This document shows positions 38,550 through 51,133 of a DNA stretch of 64,000 nucleotides, in pieces. The translations under genes were made by a program, and so were the position numbers. The stretch comes from Eledone cirrhosa. Its lineage: Eukaryota. Location: NCBI GenBank assembly GCA_964016885.1, contig OZ024760.1:28582001-28646000 (forward strand), written 5' to 3'. Below the pieces are notes generated by a model. The model did no database searches and was not told the DNA's origin. It saw nothing but the letters and a program-made list of their open reading frames with translations. Within the stretch, counting starts at the first letter, position 1. Each line of letters starts with the position of its first letter.

Positions 38550-39183
38550 TATATTAGAAAGTGAGGTTTTTTTTACAAAATGAAAAATAACCGAGGTGTC
38601 CTACACAAGTGAAAGTATAAAGAAAAAAAGATGAAATCGAAAATGCAACTGGAGTCTTATTTAAAAAAAATATATATATTTATTTGGTTCCTTTACCGGT
38701 TTCGCAGTTCTTCTGCTTTTCAAAAGTATAGTTGATATGGGGGGTCTGTGATTTTTCTCACATCTGGTTGGTCTTTGAATGTTACTTGTCTTATATGGAC
38801 AAAGGTGGCTCGAAATACATATATATATATATATAAATGAAAGTTAGAGTTAATAACTCATACTGAAACCCTGTAATCAATAAGCTCAAAGTATAAATAC
38901 CAAGCATTATAATATGACTTTGCCTTTCATCCTTACGGGGTCGATAAAATAAAGTACCAGTAATGCACTGGGTAATTGCTGGCCTTGTGCATAAAGTAGA
39001 AACAATTATAATAATAATATATATGTAGTAAGAAACACGGTAAATCGCGTGTATAATATTTTCAACCCTCGTAATATTAGACACACGATTTACTGTGTTT
39101 CTTACTACATATATATTATTATTTTTATATATATATATATATGACAATGGTTTCTGATTTAGGCACATATATAGCAATGTATA

Positions 39184-39426
39184 TATGAATGTACGTATTG
39201 TATATCTAATATAGTGTATGTTTATTTTAAAACATTTTGAAGGTCTTTTGCTATGGATTTAAGGTAGAGACCAACGTCACAGTCACAGCTTCACTAAAAG
39301 CAAAGGTTTTTGCTGAAGCTGTGAATGTGACGTTGGTCTCTACATTAAATTCATAGTGAAAGACCTTCAAAATGTTTTTGAATAAACATACAGTTTATTA
39401 CTAAATATATAATACGTACATTCATA
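39184..39426. repeat. ~240-bp imperfect palindrome
   Basis: TATGAATGTACGTATT..AAACATTTTGAAGGTCTTT..GTAGAGACCAACGTCACA mirrored by TGTGACGTTGGTCTCTAC..AAAGACCTTCAAAATGTTT..AATACGTACATTCATA. Confidence 0.85.
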
Positions 39427-39429
39427 CAG

Positions 39430-39460
<31 letters not shown>

Positions 39461-39463
39461 TAT

Positions 39464-39786
39464 ATCATCATCATTGTTTAATGTCCATGTTTCCACGCCA
39501 GCATAGGTTAGATGAGTTATCCTATTGTGAGAAATGCCAGATCTGGTGACCATCTTTTGCTGATAATGAACCGATTTGGGGTTGGTTTCTACAGCTGGAT
39601 GCCCTTCCTAGTGTCAACCTTATTTACAGTGAGTGCTGGGGGCTTATTTTCAGTTGAGTATGCTAGAACAAGGTAAAATTAAGTTTTTTTGCTGAAGAAT
39701 ACAACACACAACCCAGCCCAGGAATCAAACAGACAACATTACATTATTAAGTCCAGCACTCTTACCACTAGGCCACATGCCTCCAC
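39464..39786 (-). mobile_element. Diverged tRNA-derived SINE (related subfamily)
   Basis: TGGCCTAGTGG A box, GGAAGGGCATCCAGCTGTAGAAACC block, ATGATGATG tail. Confidence 0.7.
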
Positions 39787-39892
39787 TTAAATAAATATCA
39801 TACTTCAGCATGATTGTAACAACTAATGGTCCATCCTGATAAATAAATATTTTCACTGACAAGCAGGAATTGAACCCATGACACTGGTTATA

Positions 39893-41325
39893 AGTCCAAC
39901 ACCCTTACCACTAGGCCATGTACCACCCAGTCCAACACTCTAACCACTAGGCCATGTACCACCCAGTCCAACACCCTTACCACTAGGCCATGTACCACTC
40001 AGTCCAACACTCTAACCACTAGGCCATATACCACCCAGTCCAACACCCTTACTACTAGGCGATGTACCACTCAGTCCAACACTCTAACAACTAGGCCATG
40101 TACCACCCACTCCAACACTCTAACCACTAGGCCATGTACCACTCAGTCCAACACTCTAACCACTAGGTCACGTACCACCCAGTCCAACACTCTAACCACT
40201 AGGCCATGTACCACCCAGTCCAACACTCTAACCACTAGGCCATGTACCACCCAGTCCAACACTCTAACCACTAGGTCACGTACCACCCAGTCCAACACTC
40301 TAACCAGTAGGCCACGTACCACCCAGTCCAACACTCTAACCAGTAGGCCACGTACCACCCAGTCCAACACTCTAACCACTAGGCCATCTACCACTCAGTC
40401 CAACACTCTAACCACTAGGCCATGTACCACTCAGTCCAACACTCTAACCACTAGGCCATGTACCACCCAGTCCAACACTCTAACCACTAGGCCACGTACC
40501 CCAGTCCAACACTCTAACCAGTAGGCCACGTACCACCCAGTCCAACACTAACCACTAGGCCATGTACCACCCAGTCCAACACTCTAACCACTAGGTCACG
40601 TACCACCCAGTCCAACACTCTAACCAGTAGGCCACGTACCACCCAGTCCAACACTCTAACCACTAGGCCGTGTACCACCCAGTCCAACACTCTAACCACT
40701 AGGTCACGTACCACCCAGTCCAACACTCTAACCACTAGGCCACGTACCACCCAGTCCAACACCCTTACCACTAGGCCATCTACCACTCAGTCCAACACTC
40801 TAACCACTAGGCCATGTACCACCCAGTCCAACACTCTAACCACTAGGCCGTGTACCACCCACTCCAACACTCTAACCACTAGGCCGTGTACCACCCAGTC
40901 CAACACTCTAACCACTAGGCCATGTACCACCCAGTCAAACACTCTAACCAGTAGGCCACGTACCACCCAGTCCAACACTCTAACCACTAGGCCGTGTACC
41001 ACCCAGTCCAACACTCTAACCACTAGGCCATGTACCACCCAGTCAAACACTCTAACCACTAGGCCACGTACCACCCAGTCCAACACTCTAACCACTAGGC
41101 CGTGTACCACCCAGTCCAACACTCTAACCACTAGGCCATGTACCACCCAGTCCCAACACTCTAACCACTAGGCCGTGTACCACCCAGTCCAACACTCTAA
41201 CCACTAGGCCATGTACCACCCAGTCAAACACTCTAACCACTAGGCCACGTACCACCCAGTCCAACACTCTAACCACTAGGCTGTGTACCACCCAGTCCAA
41301 CACTCTAACCACTAGGCCATGTACC
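39893..41325 (-). repeat. 36-bp minisatellite (~40 copies) made of a SINE/tRNA head containing a Pol III A box
   Basis: Minus unit GGGTGGTACATGGCCTAGTGGTTAGAGTGTTGGACT; matches the head of the adjacent SINE. Confidence 0.9.
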
Positions 41326-41684
41326 TTCACCGTGCCTAAATTAGAAAACATTAATTACCTGAGTGAACAGCTGTGATAGTGTACTATTGTCAGGCACATC
41401 TGTTGATTCATTAGAAGTTGGATCAAGCCACAGGAAACCTTGTGGTTTAAATAATTGACAGAGGATGCTCTCTTCTTTATCTTCAACCTCCTTCTTTACA
41501 CAAACACTAATGATATTCTTGTAGAAATCTTATTTTATTTTATTTTCCTTCCTTTTCTGGACTTCAGCTGAGACTATCACAGAACATCTAATTAATTCAC
41601 TGCCAGTAAATCGTTTGTCATTCTTCGTTAACAAATAAACTACTCTCAATCTAACTTGTGTTGCAGTTTCATTATTAATTATCT

Positions 41685-42240
41685 GAGGGCGGTGGATTGG
41701 CAGAATCGGTAGAGAGACGGACGCCATGCTTTGTAGCATAGAGTTAAGGCCCTTTACAGTCTGAGTGCAAATCCCACCGAGGTTAGCTTTGCCTTTCATC
41801 CTTACGCTGGTTGATAAAATAAAGTACCAGTAATGTACTGGGGTCGATTTAATTGACTTGCCCCCTCCTCTAAAATTGCTGGCCTTGTGTCTGAATCAGA
41901 AACCATTATTATTATTATTAGGGCAGAATCGGTAGAGAGTCGGACGCCATGCTTTGTAGCATAGAGTTAAGGCCCTTTACAGTCTGAGTGCAAATCCCAC
42001 CGAGGTTAACTTTGTCTTTCATCCTTATGGGGTCGATAAAATAAAGTACCAGTAATGCACTGGGGTAATTGCTGGCCTTGTGCCAAAATCAGAATCAGAA
42101 GAGCATCGGACAGCAAGCTGTGTGGCATAGAGTTAAGGCCCTTTACTCTCAGTTCAAATCCTGCTGAGATTATCTTTGCCTTTCGTCCTTACAGGGTCGA
42201 TAAAATAAAGTACCAGTAATGCACTGGGGTCAATTTAACA
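41685..42240 (+). mobile_element. Tandem cluster of 3 Meta-type SINE units
   Basis: Three repeats of GGCAGAATCGGTAGAG..AAATCCCACCGAGGTT..TTTCATCCTTA..GATAAAATAAAGTACCAGT. Confidence 0.75.
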
Positions 42241-42778
42241 ATCTAACAACAAAGCAAATGACATCGTTTAACATCCATTTTCAATGCAGCTTGGGCTAGA
42301 CGGGTTGTCCCATTTGAGGTAAAGACAATAATTACTGAAGATGCCACAGATATGTGTGACGAAAGAACTTTGAGAAACTATATTTATATTTTTAACTGTT
42401 GATTGCCAGCTAAATTATTTATAGAAATATAGAAATATACTGAAGCGAAAACCAAACCAAACAGAGAGTGTGTTTTACTATATTTTTCTCCCTAAATGTA
42501 ACAATATATGTCTCAACACATGATTTCATATGAAAAACCTTGCAAACCAAATCCATCTCCGCTATATTTGGTTTGATCTGAATATATTGATATGAGTTAT
42601 TTTTTTTATTATTGTAATTTCTTCTCTATTATTATTTATTTTTATTTAATTTTTATTCTGTTTATATTTTTATCTTATGACAACCACACGTGAATGTTGT
42701 GAATGTTTTAACTTTAAAAGTAAATCTTTCTATTTTCAGATAAATCTTTTCGAAGAGCTTTTTTGAAAACTGATCAAA

Positions 42779-42794
42779 ATGTCACTAATAGACG
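42779..42794 (+). CDS. Patj/MPDZ: Probable first coding segment of the Patj/MPDZ-like gene (MSLID + 1 nt; exon ~42740-42794)
   Basis: TTTTCAG acceptor at 42738-39, AAAATG start and G|GTGAAT donor; phase 1 joins 51134 (G+AT = Asp) in frame. Confidence 0.65.
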
Positions 42795-42894
42795 GTGAAT
42801 ATTATTATTATTATTATTACTATTATTACTACTACTACTGCTACTGCTACTACTGCTACAACCACTATTACTATTGCTGTTACTACTACCATCA

Positions 42895-45325
42895 TTACCC
42901 CTGGGTCTCCTGCCAGTTGGTTTTGCCCGTAAAATCTGTCCATCGATTCTTTCCAGAGACATTCTAACCACATGCCCATAGTATCGGAGCTATGATCTCT
43001 CTATTCAGAGAAACAGGGCTCTGCCCGGAGTGACTCTCTGATCTCTGAGCTACGCACTCTATCGAGTAACGTTACTCCGAAGATACTTCAGAGGAATCCC
43101 ATTTCAGCCGTTTGTATTCACAATCCTATTCTTTCAGTCATTACCCAAGGTTCATGACCGTAGGTAAAGATAGACACAAACACCGAACTGAAGATAGGGA
43201 GTTTGTCTTTTACACCTACCTCCCTTTTGATTACTGAACTGAAGATAGGGAGTTTGTCTTTTATACCTACCTTCCTTCTTTTGATGACTGAACTGAAGAT
43301 AGGGAGTTTGTCTTTTACACCTACCTCCCTTCTTTTGATGACTGAATTGAAGATAGGGAGTTTGTCTTTTACACCTACCTCCCTTCTTTTGATGACTGAA
43401 TTGAAGATAAGGAGTTTGTCTTTTACACCTACCTCCCTTCTTCTGATTACTGAACTGAAGATAGGGAGTTTGTCTTTTACACTTACCTCCCTTCTTTTGA
43501 TGACTGAATTGAAGATAGGGAGTTTGTCTTTTACACCTACCTCCCTTCTTTTGATGACTGAATTGAAGATAGGGAGTTTGTCTTTTACACCTACCTATCT
43601 TCTTCTGATTACTGAACTGAAGATAGGGAGTTTGTCTTTTACACCTACCTCCCTTCTGATTACTGAACTGAAGATAGGGAGTTTGTCTTTTACACCTACC
43701 TTCCTTCTTTTGATGACTGAACTGAAGATAGGGAGTTTGTCTTTTACACCTACCTCCCTTCTTTTGATGACTGAATTGAAGATAGGGAGTTTGTCTTTTA
43801 CACCTACCTCCCTTCTTCTGATTACTGAACTGAAGATAGGGAGTTTGTCTTTTACACTTACCTCCCTTCTTTTGATGACTGAATTGAAGATAGGGAGTTT
43901 GTCTTTTACACCTACCTCCCTTCTTTTGATGACTGAACTGAAGATAGGGAGTTTGTCTTTTACACCTACCTATCTTCTTCTGATTACTGAACTGAAGATA
44001 GGGAGTTTGTCTTTTACACCTACCTCCCTTCTTTTGATGACTGAACTGAAGATAGGGAGTTTGTCTTTTACACCTACCTCCCTTCTTTTGATGACTGAAC
44101 TGAAGATAGGGAGTTTGTCTTTTACACCTACCTCCCTTCTTTTGATGACTGAACTGAAGATAGGGAGTTTGTCTTTTACACCTACCTCCCTTCTGATTAC
44201 TGAACTGAAGATAGGGAGTTTGTCTTTTACACCTACCTTCCTTCTTTTGATGACTGAACTGAAGATAGGGAGTTTGTCTTTTACACCTACCTCCCTTCTT
44301 TTGATGACTGAATTGAAGATAGGGAGTTTGTCTTTTACACCTACCTCCCTTCTTCTGATTACTGAACTGAAGATAGGGAGTTTGTCTTTTACACTTACCT
44401 CCCTTCTTTTGATGACTGAATTGAAGATAGGGAGTTTGTCTTTTACACCTACCTCCCTTCTTTTGATGACTGAACTGAAGATAGGGAGTTTGTCTTTTAC
44501 ACCTACCTATCTTCTTCTGATTACTGAACTGAAGATAGGGAGTTTGTCTTTTACACCTACCTCCCTTCTTTTGATGACTGAATTGAAGATAGGGAGTTTG
44601 TCTTTTACACCTACCTCCCTTCTTTTGATGACTGAACTGAAGATAGGGAGTTTGTCTTTTACACCTACCTCCCTTCTTTTGATGACTGAACTGAAGATAG
44701 GGAGTTTGTCTTTTACACCTACCTATCTTCTTCTGATTACTGAACTGAAGATAGGGAGTTTGTCTTTTACACCTACCTCCCTTCTTTTGATGACTGAATT
44801 GAAGATAGGGAGTTTGTCTTTTACACCTACCTCCCTTCTTTTGATGACTGAACTGAAGATAGGGAGTTTGTCTTTTACACCTACCTCCCTTCTTTTGATG
44901 ACTGAACTGAAGATAGGGAGTTTGTCTTTTACACCTACCTCCCTTCTTTTGATGACTGAACTGAAGCTAGGGAGTTTGTCTTTTACACCTACCTCCCTTC
45001 TTTTGATGACTGAACTGAAGATAGGGAGTTTGTCTTTTACACCTACCTCCCTTCTGATTACTGAACTGAAGATAGGGAGTTTGTCTTTTACACCTACCTC
45101 CCTTCTGATTACTGAACTGAAGATAGGGAGTTTGGCCTTTACACCTACCTCCCTTCTTTTGATGACTGAATGCTGAAGCTGGCATATTACAGCACCAGCT
45201 CCTGCAATCCTCGCACTTTATTTAGCCTCCTGCTTTCCTTCACTCATGAATGGAAGACCCAGGGGTAGACCCCGAACAAGGTGGCTGGATAACATCCATG
45301 AGCTTTGGCTGGTCTCACTAATGGT
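42895..45325 (-). mobile_element. RTE-clade LINE fragment (Rex3/Expander-like), interrupted by a minisatellite and partly inverted
   Basis: Minus strand: FMSEG..RIAGAGAVICQLQHSVIKRRE..TYGHEPWVMTER..AEMGFL..DRVRSSEIRE..RMSLER..PTGRRPRG; plus strand 45251-45325 continues GRPRGRPRTRWLDNI. Confidence 0.85.
43185..45172. repeat. 51-bp (48-bp variant) minisatellite, ~39 copies, amplified from RTE ORF sequence
   Basis: Unit GAACTGAAGATAGGGAGTTTGTCTTTTACACCTACCTCCCTTCTTTTGATGACT; one unit restores the continuous RTE reading frame on the minus strand. Confidence 0.95.
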
Positions 45326-45654
45326 TGGCATGAAACCCAAATTGAAGACAGCGAGTTTGGCTTTTGGATGTTATACCTAGATATATAAATAAAATGACAA
45401 GACCCCCACAAGACATTTATGGGTTCTTTAGAACATAAATTTACACACTATTTATAATGTCGAAATTTAGCTAACATCATAGTGAAGTTAATCTTGCACT
45501 AAATTTACCTAATTTATCTTCATTATCCTAAGAATCATGCATTTGCTTTGAAGAAATGCATTTAGTTTTCTATGCATTTAATTCCCATTATATACTGGTT
45601 GCATAACATGTGCATCCATATACACGATGTGCATATTTACACATACATACACGT

Positions 45655-46625
45655 CTACATATATATATGCTGATAGAGACAATGCATATGTATACACAAT
45701 GTGCATGTGTACACATACATATGTCTACATATATATATGCACATAGACAATGCATATGTATACACAATGCGCATGTGTACACATACATATGTCTACATAT
45801 ATATATGCACATAGACAATGCATATGTATACACAATGCGCATGTGCACACATACATATGTCTACATATATATATGCACATAGACAATGCATATGTATACA
45901 CAATGCGCATGTGCACACATACATATGTCTACATATATATATGCACATAGACAATGCATATGTATACACAATGCGCATGTGCACACATACACATGTCTAC
46001 ATATATATATGCACATAGACAATGCATATGTATACACATGTGCATGTGCACACATACACATGTCTACATATATATATGCACATAGACAATGCATATGTAT
46101 ACACATGTGCATGTGCACACATACATATGTCTACATATATATATGCACATAGACAATGCATATGTATACACATGTGCATGTGTACACATACATATGTCTA
46201 CATATATATATATATATGCACATAGACAATGCATATGTATACACAATGCGCATGTGCACACATACATATGTCTACATATATATATGCACATAGACAATGC
46301 ATATGTATACACAATGCGCATGTGCACACATACATATGTCTACATATATATATGCACATAGACAATGCATATGTATACACAATGCGCATGTGCACACATA
46401 CATATGTCTACATATATATATGCACATAGACAATGCATATGTATACACATGTGCATGTGTACACATACATATGTCTACATATATATATGCACATAGACAA
46501 TGCATATGTATACACATGTGCATGTGTACACATACATATGTCTACATATATATATATATATATGCACATACAGAATGGATATGTGTACATATGCGCATGT
46601 GCACACATACATATGTCTACATATA
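45655..46625. repeat. ~66-68-bp alternating purine/pyrimidine minisatellite
   Basis: GTCTACATATATATATGCACATAGACAATGCATATGTATACAC..GCATGTGCACACATACATAT repeated ~13 times. Confidence 0.9.
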
Positions 46626-46927
46626 TATATATGCAGATACAAACAATGGGTATGTGTACACATGTGCATGTGCATATATGCACATATGCTTATGCGCACA
46701 TGCATACATGCACATGTGTGCATCCTAGAACTAGCATTAGACTATTTATAGCTGCCTTTTATCTCCCCAACTTCAAATAATTCTTCATTTATTAAGCCAT
46801 TAAAGTAGTAATATTGTGTAAACCATTTGGTGGAGGGTGGGAGTCCCTATGTAGGGGGTAATTCAATGGAGGATACCTAAAACTACATCTGTAATCTCCT
46901 GTCACCTGGGACTATATGATAGCTGGT

Positions 46928-47492
46928 CCCACCACCACCACTGGCTCCACCACCACTACCACTGGCTCCACCACTACCACCACCACCACTACCATCACCA
47001 CCACCACCACCACTGGCTCCACCACCATCACCACCACCACTAACACCACCACTGGCTCCACCACCACCACCACATTCACCACCACCACCACTGGCTCCAT
47101 CACCACCACCACATTCACCACCACCACCACTGGCTCCACCACCACCACCACTGGCTCCACCACCACATTCACCACCACCACCACTGGCTCCACCACCACC
47201 ACTGGCTCCACCACCACCACCGCCACCACACCACTGGCTCCACCACCACTACCACCACCACACCACTGGCTCCACCACCACTACCACCACCACACCACCA
47301 CCACCACCACCACATCACCACTACCACCACCACCACCACCACACCACCACTACCACTACCACCACCACCACTACCACTACCACCACCACCACCACCACCA
47401 CCACCACCACCACTATCACCACTACCACACCACCACTACCACCACCACCACCACCACTACCACCACTACCACACCACCACCACCACCACTGG
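46928..47492. repeat. (ACC)n-based microsatellite with GGCTCC interruptions
   Basis: Direct reading. Confidence 0.9.
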
Positions 47493-47796
47493 CTGAACAG
47501 AGAGAGAGAGAGAGAGAGAGAAAGCCTCTATATGGTTATTGCTTAACCTACTAGAAATAGCAACCCAAACTCTCCCATATTGCACAACTGTCTTTAACCC
47601 TTTCATAACTGTACTATGAAATAAACTGTGTTTCATTTAACTCTAAACATCCAGTTCCACATGAAACCACATTAGCAAAACATTCTTACAATGTACAAAA
47701 TAGATCTATGACTACATCACATTCAACATTAAAGTCTTTACTATTACAAATTTTCCCAACAATCTGTCCAGCAGTAAAGTAATTATAAACATTTAA

Positions 47797-48395
47797 CCCT
47801 TCAGCATTTAAACCGGTCGTATCCGGCCAGAATTCTCTCACCTCTTTCTATACAAACTGGCTATAATCGGCCACTCATACTGATGTTAAGGTATTGTTCT
47901 CAAAATAAATAATGCCAAAATATCGTAAAGTTGATATTATGTGAGGTAAATACAATAGTATATATATAGAGTAATGTAAATGTTATGTGAGATATTATGT
48001 GAGGTAAAGCCTTTACTGTGAAAATACAATAGTAAATATAGAGTAATGTAAATGTTGTGAGATATGTGAGGTAAAGCCTTTACTGTGAAAATTCAATAGT
48101 ATATATAGAGTAATGTAAATGATATTATGTGAGGTAAAGCCTTTACTGTGAAAATACAATAGTATATATAGAGTAATGTAAATGTTATGTGAGATATTAT
48201 GTGAGGTAAAGCCTTTACTGTGAAAATTCAATAGTATATATAGAGTAATGTAAATGTTATGTGAGGTAAAGCCTTTACTGTGGAAATTCAATAGTATATA
48301 TAGAGTAATGTAAATGTTATGTGAGATATTATGAGAGGTAAAGCCTTTACTGTGAAAATTCAATAGTATATATAGAGGAATGTAAATGTTAAGGG
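47797..48395. mobile_element. piggyBac-like MITE (TTAA flanks) containing an internal ~60-70-bp tandem repeat
   Basis: TTAA-CCCTTCAGCATTTA ... TAAATGTTAAGGG-TTAA; a partial second copy lies at ~48600-48700. Confidence 0.65.
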
Positions 48396-48756
48396 TTAAA
48401 TTAACAAACCTGTTTTTAGTTATTTTCACTGAATCATTAGAGGATGTTAAGAATTAACTTTAGTCTTTAAAACCTTTAATTTTATAATCTTTCATTGCTT
48501 GGTCCCTCTTTTCCTTTTTGTTCCCTTTAAATACTATGTTTTATTTTTATTAAATACTGGTCAGTTATTTTTAATTAATCTCAGTGGTTTTTCATGACAT
48601 TGGCCAGAATTCTTTCACCTCTTTCTGTTCAAACCGGCTGTAACCAGCCCCTCATACTTTCGTTAAGGTATTGTTCTCAAAATAAATAACATTAAAATCT
48701 CATAGATTCGATATTTGTGGTTGGGGAGTACTCTGCCAGACAACTAGGTATGGTGT

Positions 48757-48796
<40 letters not shown>

Positions 48797-48825
48797 CTAT
48801 ATGTGTGTGTTTGTATATATGTGTG

Positions 48826-49163
48826 TCATCATCATCGTCATTTTATGTCCGCTTTCCCTGCTTGCAAGGGTGGGACGGGAACTGATGCTGGCTTGATTTC
48901 TACAGCTGGATGCCCTTCCTAACACCAACCTCATTTACAGTGAGTGCTGGGTGCTTTTTTGCCGTGGCACCTCCACGATCACTTTGCAGTGGAATGATAT
49001 GGACCCCAGTCCCTATCATCTCATTTCTACAGCTGAGTAAACTGGAGCAATGTGAAATAAAGTGTCTTGCTCAAGGAAACAACACATCACCCAGTCTGAG
49101 AATTGAACTCACAACCTTTCGATTGCAAGCCCAATGCTCTAACCACTAAGCCATGTGCCTCCA
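48826..49163 (-). mobile_element. Full-length tRNA-derived CORE-like SINE
   Basis: Same family as 7629-7968 and 33737-34063. Confidence 0.85.
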
Positions 49164-51133
49164 TGTGTGTGTGTAAATAGTTTTCTGATATGCAATAGTT
49201 TCTGTGTGCATGTGTTTGTGAGTATGTGTGTGTGTGTGTGTGTGTGCACATGTCATCTGTGCAGTTATCTGTGTATGTATGTGTGTATGTATGTATGTAT
49301 GTGTTCATACATAATATGCGCAGTTATTTGTAACCCATGCTAGCGTGGAAGATAGACGTTAAACGATGATGATGATGTGTATGAGTGCACGTGTGTGTAT
49401 ATGTATATGTATGTATATGTGTTCATGCATAATCTGTGCAGTAATCTGTGTGTGTGTGTATGTATATGGGTGTATGTGAGTGCATGTGTGTGTGTATATG
49501 TATGTGTATGTATACATGCGTAATCTGTGCAGTTATCTGTGTGTGTGTATGTATATGGGTGTATGTGAGTGCATGTGTGTGTGTGTATATGTATATGTAT
49601 GTATATGGGTTCATGCGAAATCTGTGCAGTTATCTGTGTGTGTGTGTGTATGTATATGGGTGTATGTGAGTGCATGTGTGTGTGTGTAAATGTATGTGTA
49701 TGTATATGGGTTCATGCGTAATATGTGCAGTTATCTGTGTGTATATATATGTATGTATTTGTGTGTATGTATGTGAGTGTGTATATGTATGTGTTCCTAC
49801 ATAATCTGTGCAGTTATCTGACATCATGACAATCTCTCTGCAGTTTTAACCATTCTGTTGCCAACCTCCCTCTCTCCCCTTCTCTCTCTCCCCCCTCTCC
49901 TCCCCTCTCCTCCCCTCTCTCTCCCCAAACTCTACTTCACAATGGCTTTAAAAAAACTTTTCCTTTCATGTGTTTTTGCCTCATTAATTCCCGGAGTACG
50001 TAGTACTCACATACGTCTCTGCCATACAACTGCCATTTCTATTGCTTTGCTTTCATCTTGTCCAAATATTCCAGTTTAAACTAACAAACAAAAGCCATTT
50101 CTGGATGCGTTTATATTTTCTACGGCATCTTCCGCTGGCAAAGGAGATTTGTGGCTTTCATTTTTGTCTTCCAGTTATGCTCCAGTTTTTGTTTATTTTT
50201 GTGTTTATTTATTGTTGGAAATGAATGTGGAAGGTAGTTGAGGAAGAGGAAGACCAAGAAAGACATGGCTGAGGAGGAAATGAAAGCAAAGGGGGTTTGA
50301 TAAAGGGTCATGTAGGTGATAGTGTAAAGTGGAGAAGGGAACCCATAAATCTAATCTCAGCTTTAGCAGGGAAACGGCCCTTACAAAGCTTGTTGTTGTT
50401 ATTGTAGAACTATTATATTTCCATAATATACTACAGGTAATAGAAACCTAGAGCTGGTAAGTTGGCAGTCGTTGGTGATAGGAAGGGCATCCAACCATAG
50501 AAAGCTTGCCAAACTAAGTATTGGGAAGACCCTTCGGTCGTGTCAAAGACATAACAGCCTCCATGACACTCTGTAAAGTGATTGGTGATAAGAAGGGCAT
50601 CCAACCATCAAAAAACCCTTGTCAAACTAAGTGTTGGGCGGACCCTTCACTTGTGTCAAAAACATGGCAACCTCCCTAGTGTTGGTCATCTACATGATAA
50701 ACACATCCAGTCCATGTTGTAAAGTTGGTGATAGGAAGGGCAACCAACCATATAATGTCTGCCAAACAAAGGGTTGCGAAGACCCTCAGTTGTGTCAAAG
50801 ACATGACAACCTCTCTTGAGCACTTGGTAGAATGTCAGACCATACATAAGACGACAGATCCCTGGTTTGTCTGGGAGATCAGTGGCTCCACTTTGGTACT
50901 GACTTGGTCTATCTAGACCTGTCTAACCCTTGCTACCAGTAGCCCTGTCTTCAGTACTGACTTGGTCTCTATAGACCTGTCTAACCGTTGCTAGCAGTGG
51001 CCACCACTTCTGTACTGCCTTGGTCTATGTAGACCCATCCAACCCTTGATGGCAGGGAAAGCAGACATTAAAATGATGATGATGATGATTTACTATAACT
51101 TATAGATCTGTATGTTTCTTTATCTTTATCCAG

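Noticed and set aside
43203-45176. 657-aa repeat protein gene (LRR-like appearance)
   Set aside because: Antisense reading of an amplified RTE fragment; no ATG at the listed start and no non-repeat domain.
46916-47554. Mucin-like Thr-rich or His/Pro-rich protein
   Set aside because: (ACC)n microsatellite with frame drift and no splice signals.
51112-51133. ATG at 51112 as the gene start
   Set aside because: Lies in the polypyrimidine tract before a good acceptor; family similarity starts after the AG.
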